DNA of 19,579 nucleotides from the NCBI RefSeq assembly GCF_006345805.1, contig NW_021824174.1, forward strand, positions 1 through 19,579. The letters are read 5' to 3'. This document shows, piece by piece, positions 8,805 to 16,260 of the stretch (position 1 is the stretch's first letter; every line of letters begins with the position of its first letter). The position numbers and the translations under genes were made by a program. The stretch comes from Octopus sinensis. Lineage: Eukaryota. Below the pieces are notes generated by a model. It ran no database searches. It was not told the origin of the DNA and saw only the letters and a program-made list of their open reading frames with translations.

Positions 8805-9200
8805 ATATAAGAAGGATGACCACTAAGTGGACATCCATATGCTAGAAGTAGACCCCCCTATGGTCTTACCACTAAGAAAGGACTGTTCGCAAGAAACTGG
8901 TTTGTGATTAATCTGTATATTTTGTATCTTTACATTTGTCTTGCTCGCTTACATTCTGGCGTTTGCTAAATTTTCTTGAGAACATTCCATTCTTAGTGGT
9001 AAGACCATAGCGGGTCTACACACATTTTTGTCTCTCCTTGTTTCTCTCCATGTTTTTTCTGTGTCCCTTTCTGTAGAAGAGCGTAGGCTCGAAACGTAAA
9101 AGATTTTTTCTATTCCTGAGCGTTATACTAATACATCTGTTTGTTTTGTACACCAACTGTCTTCGTCTTTTGTTTTTTTCGTAAACTCTCCCTATATATA
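8805..9200 (+). mobile_element. Penelope-like pseudo-LTR fragment with a 49-bp inverted repeat (8848-8896 / 8972-9019) and a hammerhead-like motif; both ends lie in (TA)n
   Basis: GTAGACCCCCCTATGGTCTTACCACTAAGAAAGGACTGTTCGCAAGAAA versus reverse complement GTAGACCCGCTATGGTCTTACCACTAAGAATGGAATGTTCTCAAGAAA; the PLE assignment is inferred from this architecture. Confidence 0.55.
9067..9102 (+). ncRNA. Minimal type I hammerhead-like motif with variant core CUGUAGA
   Basis: Stem I CTTT/AAAG; core CTGTAGA+A; stem II GAGC-gtag-GCTC; GAAA; palindromic ACGT stem III; putative GUA cleavage site after 9098; A6 is substituted. Confidence 0.45.
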
Positions 9201-9486
9201 TGACTGACCGTGGGTTTGCACCTAGAAAGTTACCCTCAAGATTGTTTATGGAAGACCAGCAGTCGCCCATGCATACCGGCCACCCCTCTCCACGCCACCA
9301 GTGTTATCCAAGGGAAAGGCAAGGGCCGATACAGCTTGGCACCTGTGAAGGCGCATGGCTTAGTGGTTAGAGCGTCGAGCTTACGATCGTGAAGTTGTGA
9401 GCTCGAATCTAGGACCGGGCTGTGTGTTGTGTTCTTGAGCAAGACACTTTATTTCACGTTGCTCCAGTTCACTCAGCTGTAGAAAT
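9201..9486. mobile_element. SINE family C head on the + strand (9345-9486) joined to a putative SINE tail in minus orientation (9201-9348)
   Basis: A box TGGCTTAGTGG at ~9356 and CORE-like TTGTGTTCTTGAGCAAGACACTTTATTTCACGTTGCTCCAG; the identity of the tail segment comes from recall of octopus SINE consensus only. Confidence 0.7.
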
Positions 9487-9499
9487 ATATATATATATA

Positions 9500-9837
9500 C
9501 TAGTGCATCCGTGCCGTCAGAAATGACGGCATGAAAATGATACAGAAAATAAAATTAAAATAAAAACATTACAACCTTTATCTCAGTAACCGCTTCAACA
9601 CCACGTTTCTAGTGAAAGCCTTACCAGCAATGAGTTCGCCTTGTCTTGGATGGTCCGTTTCAGTACTAACCATTATTCTTCCATTCTTCTCCTCGATGTT
9701 CTCTTTCTTTCGATTTCTCTCCTTTCTGCTGCTTCCTCTTCCGTTTCATCTTGTCGCCTTTTGCGATGCTCTCGTTCTTAGATATTCTCTCCTTACTGCT
9801 ACTTGATTTTCTGCTTCATCTTGCTGCTTTTGTGCTA

Positions 9838-9869
<32 letters not shown>

Positions 9870-10148
9870 TTGGATATCTCTCCTTTGTGCAATTAGGCGC
9901 TCCTTTTCATTTCGACGTCTTCGAGCTTGTCTTCTTGCATCTTGCGTTCGTCTCTCTTGTCTCACTTTTTGTGATTGATTTAATAACCTTAATGTATTGT
10001 TTTATTTTCTCGCGTCCAGTTCTTCCTGAGTGAATCTGGGTGTCTCTCTCTGGCTAACAGTCGCCTTCTATCTGATTCATTCTCCATAGCAAGTGGATGA
10101 GTATATTTAATACAACGGAACACAAGCTTCAAAACAAATGAGTATATT

Positions 10149-10150
<2 letters not shown>
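9500..10150 (-). mobile_element. Internally deleted Helitron: decayed N-terminal 23-aa repeat ORF fused to a canonical 3' end
   Basis: Minus strand ends TGCCGTCA-tttc-TGACGGCA (9512-9531), an 8-nt spacer, CTAG (9503-9500), then T within (AT)n. Upstream is a frameshifted R/E-rich ORF starting at the ATG at 10087. Confidence 0.75.
9610..10087 (-). pseudogene. STPR-like 23-aa repeat region (Helitron RepHel N-terminus-like) with frameshifts and a stop
   Basis: Stitched translation NQSQKVRQERRTQDARRQARRRR / NEKERLIAQRRDIQRER..VAQKQQ / DEAENQVAVRREYLRTRASQRRQ / DETEEEAAERREIERKRTSRRRM / EE; shifts near 10040, at the (CT)n at 9838-9870 and at the T4 run at 9759-9762. Confidence 0.55.
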
Positions 10151-10188
<38 letters not shown>

Positions 10189-10202
10189 CATGTGTGTGTG
10201 TG
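10150..10202. repeat. (TG)n microsatellite
   Basis: Directly visible. Confidence 0.95.
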
Positions 10203-10279
10203 TTAGTTTCTTTATATTTCCATACATAACCATACAAAATCCAAAATTACACGGGATTACATTAACGGTATACACACAT

Positions 10280-10515
10280 GGCGGCGAGCTGGCAGAAACG
10301 TTAGCACGCCGGGCGAAATGCTTAGCGGTATTCCATCTGCCGTTACGTTCTGAGTTCAAATTCCGCCGAGATCGACTTTGCCTTTCATCCTTTCGGGGTC
10401 GATAAATCAAGTACCAGTTACGCACTGGGGTCGATATAATCGACTTAATCCGTTTGTCTGTACTTGTTTGTCCCCGCTGTGTTTAGCCCCTTGTGGGTAG
10501 TAAAAGAAACAGGTA
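10280..10515 (+). mobile_element. SINE family B monomer with tail type 2
   Basis: GGCGGCGAGCTGGCAGAAACGTTAGCACGCCGGGCGAAATGC...GAGTTCAAATTCC (B-box-like)...TTTAGCCCCTTGTGGGTAGTAAAAG. Confidence 0.9.
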
Positions 10516-10995
10516 TACACGCAGAGACGTATTTTCCAGCAACGTCTACACGCTCTGTCTGTCTGTCTATCTGTCTCTCATTCTCTTTACTGCCTGAAAT
10601 GGAAAAAAGATCTTGAAGACAAATTTCACCGCTTTGGCAAAATTCTTCATTCATGAACATTTACAAACATCACTGTATCGGCAAGTATTTGTAAATATTT
10701 ATAATCACCTTCCTTTTTTTATATTTAGCTTTCTTTTAAACAGACAATATTATCAAGCTTTCTTTCAATAGACAATATTTCAATTTTCTGACTTAAAAAT
10801 TACTACTTATTTACTTATCTTATATTCTATTAACTTTGCAACTTTTTAAGCGGAAAAATTTTCCAGGACAGTCAGACATCCATAGAGATAAAGAAAAAAT
10901 AATTTTGAGGTGCAAAAATCTTATTAACTTATCTTATATATTGTTATTAAAGTTTAACAGAAAAAAAAATCAGCGTTCATCGATTGAAAATGTTG

Positions 10996-11230
10996 TTGAG
11001 AGAGAAAGAGAAAGAGAGAGAATAAAATAGAGAGAGTGTGAGAGAAAGGGAGAGAGTGAGTGGAAAAGAAAGAGGGTGAGAGAGAGAGTGTGTGCGTCTG
11101 TAGATAGACACGGGGAGACTGAGAGAAGGAGAGAGAGGCAGCGTTCATCATTAAAGGGAAAAGGTTTTTGTTGGGAGAGAGAGAGAGAGAGAGTGAGAGA
11201 GAGAGAGTAAGAGAGAGAGAGAGAGAGCGA
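10996..11230. repeat. (GA)n polypurine tract in two blocks, each preceded by CAGCGTTCATC
   Basis: CAGCGTTCATC at ~10971 and ~11140, each followed by TGTTG and a GA repeat. Confidence 0.85.
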
Positions 11231-11382
11231 GAAGCACTGTTTGATATCACTCCCTCTCTCATTGTTATTACCATTTTGTCTCTTCTCTTTTTTTACTCTT
11301 ACTTACACTGCTACTTCCCTATTGCGTGATTTTGGACAAACTTATTATTATTATTATTAGCATCATTATATATATATATATA

Positions 11383-11545
11383 GGTGCAGGAGAGGCTGCG
11401 TGGTAAGTAGCTTACTTACCAACTACATGGTTCCGGGTTCAGTCCCACTGTGTAGAAGCTTGGGCAAGTATCTTCTTCTATAGCCTCGGGTCGACCAAAG
11501 CCATGTGTGTAGATATGGTAGACGAAAACTGAAAGAAGACCGTCT
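11383..11545 (+). mobile_element. SINE family A 5' half
   Basis: GGAGAGGCTGCGTGGTAAGTAGC...GGTTCAGTCCC...GACGAAAACTGAAAGAAGACCGTC, then (TA)n. Confidence 0.9.
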
Positions 11546-11571
11546 TTTACATATATATACATATATATATA

Positions 11572-11773
11572 TAAATATAAGAGAGTTACCATTAAGTGGT
11601 TAACTCTATTGCTAAAAATAGCTCCTTATTCTGGTATAGCCACTGAAGTTGTTTCCACAAAGAAATAACATTACCCTCAACGTAAGGAAAGTGAAACACA
11701 ACGAAAAGATAGATTAATGCTGAACAATTGTTTCTTTATCAATATAATATGCAATTATACTCATATATTTATC

Positions 11774-11777
<4 letters not shown>
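11572..11777. repeat. Left arm of a 206-bp inverted repeat
   Basis: Reverse complement of 12634-12839 with 5 mismatches (11591, 11609, 11644, 11692, 11764). Confidence 0.95.
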
Positions 11778-11805
<28 letters not shown>

Positions 11806-12534
11806 ATTTGGCTCAAAAGCAAATAGCAAGGCCATGTAGGGGGACATGGAGTTAAGTACAGGGTGGTGTTCATGTAAAGAGTTCGGGCCACTTGAGGTCC
11901 AGGGAGGCTTTGAACAAAGCGGTCGTCGGTATCTTCACCATCTCGTCTGGCAGCTTGTTCCACGGATCCGCAACCCGGACGGAGAAAGCTCCTCTCCTTC
12001 GATTGAGATGAAATCGTCGCAGGTAGAGCTTTTCGGAATGACCCCGCAGCCGGCGCTCCGGAGCAGGAGTGAAGAACAGCTCTTTCGAGAGGTTACACTT
12101 TCCGCTTATGATGTTGTGGGCGAGAATGAGATCACCACGGCGGCGGCGTTTTTCAAGAGAATAAAGGTCGAGCGTCCTCAGCCTTTCTTCGTAGGACAAA
12201 TTTTTGAGACCATGAACCATGCGGGTAGCCAGCTTCTGGACTCTTTCGAGATGCTGTATGTCTTTGAGGAGATAAGGAGAAGAGGCTTGAATCCCATACT
12301 CCAATATGGGTCTCACCAGCGTGACATAGAGTGGTAGGAATATAGCTACTGTGAGCATTCCGAATGACCGTCGGTTCAAGAACAGAATTCCGCGTGCTTT
12401 ATTGGCAGCATGGACGCACTGGGCCGAAGGCGAAAAGGAGGAATCCACCAAGATACCCAGGTCCTTTACCTGATCGATCCTCTCCAGCAGCAGACGACCC
12501 GGCTCGAAATCAAGTTGAGTTGCTGGAGTAGAGC
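11778..12534 (-). mobile_element. CR1-clade LINE 3' fragment, copy 1: ORF2 C-terminus open, ~65-nt 3' UTR, (CTAA)n tail
   Basis: VRPILEYGIQASSPYLLKDIQHLERVQKLATRMV...LSYEERLRTLDLYSLEKRRRRGDLI...LRGHSEKL...WNKLP; TGA at 11872-11870; (TTAG)n at 11778-11804; similarity to copy 2 stops at 12534. Confidence 0.92.
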
Positions 12535-12570
12535 GGTCCAATCGATTATGTATGCAATCGATTGGACCGC
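12533..12570. repeat. Perfect 15-bp hairpin at the CR1 5' junction
   Basis: GCGGTCCAATCGATT-atgtatgc-AATCGATTGGACCGC. Confidence 0.95.
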
Positions 12571-12617
12571 ATGGGTACTTGACGCTCGTGAGGGTCCAAT
12601 AAATTGTATCGAAGACA

Positions 12618-12695
12618 AATGCTGCTGATGACTTATAGATAAATATGTGAGTATAATTGCATATTATATTGATAAAGAAACAATTGTTCAGCATT
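12618..12695 (+). ncRNA. Candidate type I hammerhead ribozyme with intact core
   Basis: Stem I AATGCTG/CAGCATT (7 bp); CTGATGA at 12625-12631; 45-nt stem II (TTAT/ATAA, GATA/TATT, AATATGT/GCATATT); GAAA at 12677-12680; palindromic ACAATTGT; U17 at 12688. The first stem II position is a C-A mismatch instead of the usual G-C pair. Confidence 0.6.
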
Positions 12696-12839
12696 AATCT
12701 ATCTTTTCGTTGTGTTTCTCTTTCCTTACGTTGAGGGTAATGTTATTTCTTTGTGGAAACAACTTCGGTGGCTATACCAGAATAAGGAGCTATTTTTAGC
12801 ACTAGAGTTAACCACTTAACGGTAACTCTCTTATATTTA
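12634..12839. repeat. Right arm of the 206-bp inverted repeat (Penelope-like terminus by inference)
   Basis: Matches the left arm; ends GCTATTTTTAGCA plus hairpin AGAGTTAACCACTTAACGGTAACTCT plus CTTATATTTA. Confidence 0.95.
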
Positions 12840-12943
12840 CGTATAAATTTGTATTGTCTCCCTGTTTTTTATGTGCTAAGCCACTAGGTGTTAAACTGAT
12901 GGTATTATTAAATTAATATCTAATTTTTCACCCTTATTTATGA

Positions 12944-13017
<74 letters not shown>

Positions 13018-13270
13018 ATGTATGTATATATATGTACGTATGTATGTATGTATGCATGTATGTATGTATGTATGTATGTATGCATATATATGTTTGTGTG
13101 TCTGTGATTGTCCCCCACCATCGCTTGACAACCAATGTTGGTGTGTTTACGTCCCCGTAACGTATCGCTTCGGCCAAAGAACCGATATAATAAGTACTAG
13201 GCTTACAAGGAATAAGTCCTGGTGTCGATTTGATCGACTATAGGCGGTGCTCCAGCATGGCCGCAGTCAA
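12944..13270 (+). mobile_element. Internal microsatellite (12944-13090) and SINE family A 3' half, truncated at CAGTCAA
   Basis: GCTTGACAACCAATGTTGGTGTGTTTACGTCCCCGTAAC...GGCGGTGCTCCAGCATGGCCGCAGTCAA, colinear with 15970-16145. Confidence 0.9.
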
Positions 13271-13360
13271 ATAGTCTAATAAAGGGGCATATAAGCCCTC
13301 GCGGATAGGAAAGCCTTCTTTTTTCTGTCGAGGGCTTATATACCCCATTATTAGACTATT
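13270..13360. mobile_element. 91-bp hairpin with 32-bp arms (2 mismatches); TA-flanked MITE or fold-back junction
   Basis: AATAGTCTAATAAAGGGGCATATAAGCCCTCG / CGAGGGCTTATATACCCCATTATTAGACTATT; 27-nt loop. Confidence 0.7.
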
Positions 13361-14019
13361 TTTCTTAGTCATTGCACGGTGATCGCCATAAGCTTTAAGC
13401 TTATACAAGAATACCATTGATATCCTTTACAAGATTGTAAATCACGGCGCCGTGATAAAAAAAACCATTCGCAGCGAAAGCATGACCTCGTGAGTACCGC
13501 TGGCGATTTTTTTCCTCTGTCTTCACTTCTCTATATATATATTTATAATAAAAGTTATAAATTCATCTGATCCCAAAACATACCACTACGAGTGAAAGCG
13601 TCTATTGGAAGAGAACCAGAGAAACTGTAAACCAAATTCCCCTTTTTTTACTATTTTCATTTCACACTTATTATTATTATTATTATTATTATATTATTTT
13701 CAGTATGACTTGTCGATCACCACTAAAATTAATGAACTTTGTACATTCAAACAAATTGATATACAGTTTTAATTTTATTGACTGCTATGAACATTCAAAC
13801 TTACACCTGTTTTGAACATTTTAATTTATCAACATTGAAAAGACTTTAATTTGTCAACATCGAAACGTTTTAAAATGTTTTTCTAATTCTAAACTTTTAC
13901 CATTGATAAGCAAAAAATATTGTTGAAACTAAATTGGTATATATGTAAATAAATGTATTTTAAACATTTACGAGTTTTTGAAATTTTGGTGCATTTTCAA
14001 CAACATACTTTCCCTTATT

Positions 14020-14057
14020 TTACATACATACATATATATATATATATAATATATATA

Positions 14058-14095
<38 letters not shown>

Positions 14096-14165
14096 GATAT
14101 ATATATTAAATACATACATACACACACCAACATAATACATACATACATACATACACATACATAAA
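14020..14165. repeat. (TA)n/(CATA)n microsatellite
   Basis: Directly visible. Confidence 0.95.
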
Positions 14166-14334
14166 CATACATACCATACAAAATACACGTGTTTATATAT
14201 GTAATTATTCAATAATGATATAACTCTTAGACATAGCTTATTTATTTTAAAGACGTTTTTATCAAAGAACGGAGTGATAGAAGTCGTTAGGAAATTCATA
14301 ATGTGTGTAGAAAAAGAACAAAAGGAGTCGATAG

Positions 14335-14373
14335 TGCTCCACCCACCTTTTGGAAACGATGGTGGGTGGAGCA
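14335..14373. repeat. GC-rich perfect 13-bp hairpin
   Basis: TGCTCCACCCACC-ttttggaaacgat-GGTGGGTGGAGCA. Confidence 0.9.
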
Positions 14374-14812
14374 GATTTTAAAGAACCACTTACAAAATAA
14401 GGACTAGCGAATACATTAAAAATTAAAATAAATGGAAAAAAAAAAAACAGGGGTTGGTAAAACCCTGGAATAAATAGGAAAGATCGATGAAAAGGAAGTG
14501 TTTGGACTGCGTATGCGAACGTTCTAATGGCGGTTGGTAGATGACAAAAGGAGATAAGTTATGAAAATTTAGATATCACAGCTGAAGCTCAAATAAAATT
14601 TTTAAAATGAATAATGGAAGATTACAGGATGTTAAGAGATGAACGGGAAAATTAAAAGAAAACAGTAAACGAAATAAGGAAATGTTAATTAAAGTTAAAA
14701 TAGATTATAGTGAGATGATGTAATTGCAGGAGGATGTGGCTGGTTTGTGTTGTTATTAAAAAGCTAATCCTTTGGAAGTTAGTGAGGTTGAAAAATAGAT
14801 GATGACATAGGA

Positions 14813-15441
14813 TAACGTTTCTCAACCATTTATTACCTTTCGACTCCTTCGGTTCCTATTTTACTCGGGTGCCTTCCACCCCACCACCACCTATAGTTGT
14901 TCTATGTTTCAAAAATTCTATTATATTTTTACAGTTAGATGTTATTGAGAATTGTATAAGAATATTAAACGAAATGCTTAGCGGTATTTCGTCTGCCGCT
15001 ACGTTCTGAGTTCAAATTCCGCCGAGGTCGACTTTGCATTTCATCCTTTCGGCGTTGATTAAATAAGTACCAGTTACGCGCTGGTGTCGATATAATCGAC
15101 TTAATCCGTTTGCTGTCCTTGTTTGCCCTCTCTATGTTTAGCCCCTTGTTGGCAGTAAAGAAATAGGTATTTCGTCTGCCGCTACGTTTTGGGTTCAAAT
15201 TCCGCCGAGGTCGACTTTGCCTTTCATCCTTTCGGGGTCGATTAAATAAGTACCAATTACGCACTGGGGTCGATATAATCGACTTAATCCGTTTGTCTGT
15301 CCTTGTTTGTCCTCTCAGTGTTTAGCCCCTTGTAGGCAGTAAAGAAATAAGAAATATAACCAATTTATTACAAATAAATTCTAACAACAAAATCTTATAT
15401 GGCCCCTCAAGGGCCGTATGGACCCTGGTTGAGAACCACCA
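14813..15441. mobile_element. hAT (Charlie-like) MITE interrupted by a SINE B dimer
   Basis: Ends TTCTCAACCA (14819) and TGGTTGAGAACCAC (15426) resemble the CAGTGGTTCTCAACC TIR of Charlie elements; CATAGG on both flanks (14806-14811, 15440-15445) fits a partial TSD. Confidence 0.6.
14970..15352 (+). mobile_element. SINE family B dimer, 5'-truncated, 183-bp period
   Basis: GGTATTTCGTCTGCCGCTACGTT at 14983 and 15166; both units carry tail type 2. Confidence 0.9.
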
Positions 15442-15741
15442 TAGGCGATCGGTGTGGATTGTGTAAGTAAAGTAAACTACGAAATAATATAGAAATATGA
15501 AATTTTGTAGTTGACCCTTTTCCTGTCCTGTGTATCAAATTTGACACACTGGACATATTTCTATGGCGTCCATGCGTCATGTATGATACACATCGCCAAT
15601 GTCTTTTTTGAACAATCAGAGTAACTTGGGACGTCTACAAGGAAAGCTTCATTTAATTCAGAACGAATGAAACAAGGGCTAACTAAAAGTCTAATGACAA
15701 GCAAGGGCGTTTTGGACAAACTTATGAAAATGTTTTGGACA

Positions 15742-15906
15742 GGAGTGGCTGTGTGGTAAGTAGCTTGCTTACCAACCACATGGTTCCGGGTTCAGTCCCA
15801 CTGCGTGGCACCTTGACCAAGTGTCTTCTACTATAGCCTCGGGACGACCAAAGCCTTGTGAGTGGATTTGGTAGATGGAAACTGAAAGAAGCGCGTCGTA
15901 TATATG

Positions 15907-15963
<57 letters not shown>

Positions 15964-16174
15964 TGTTGTGTGTCTGTGTTTGTCCCCCTAACATTGCTTG
16001 ACAACCGATGCTGGTGTGTTTACGTCCCCGTAACTTAGCGGTTCGGCAAAATTGACCGATAGAATAAGTACTAGGCTTACAAAGACTAAGTCCTGGGGTC
16101 GATTTGTTCGACTAAAAGGCGGTGCTCCAGCATGGCCACAGTCGAATGACTGAAACAAGTAAAAGAGTAAAAGA
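15742..16174 (+). mobile_element. SINE family A, full-length reference copy with internal (TA)(TG)n
   Basis: A-box-like TGGCTGTGTGG, B-box-like GGTTCAGTCCC, internal microsatellite at 15900-15972, tail ending GACTGAAACAAGTAAAAGAGTAAAAGA. Confidence 0.92.
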
Positions 16175-16260
16175 GGCAAAAATTGATATATAGGGGTACG
16201 ATATTAATGAGAAAAATTGGAATCATTTCGTTTTTATATTTGGTTTGCAAGTTTCTTGAA

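Noticed and set aside
8836-8846. Hairpin followed by CTAG as a + strand Helitron end
   Set aside because: CTAG is followed by A and is part of the GCTATTTYTAGCA module, which continues into flanking element sequence
9345-9420. tRNA gene (also the heads at 1430-1495, 10280 and 15742)
   Set aside because: A and B boxes are present, but I could not fold a complete cloverleaf and the sequence continues into multi-copy SINE bodies
11846-12337. + strand ORFs of 163 aa (and 120 aa at 16325-16687)
   Set aside because: Antisense shadows of the GC-rich CR1 coding strand
11870-12694. 274-aa ORF as a real gene
   Set aside because: Chimeric: the first ~53 codons come from the IR arm and junction hairpin, fused by chance to a 5'-truncated CR1 C-terminus
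13690-13746. Exon after TTTTTCAG at 13703 (similar case at 3380)
   Set aside because: Weak or absent donor, 37 nt is not frame-preserving, and the peptide is not recognisable
15510-15740. piggyBac-like end (TTGACCCTTTT) or coding exon
   Set aside because: No TTAA and no partner TIR found; frames contain stops and have no recognisable motif
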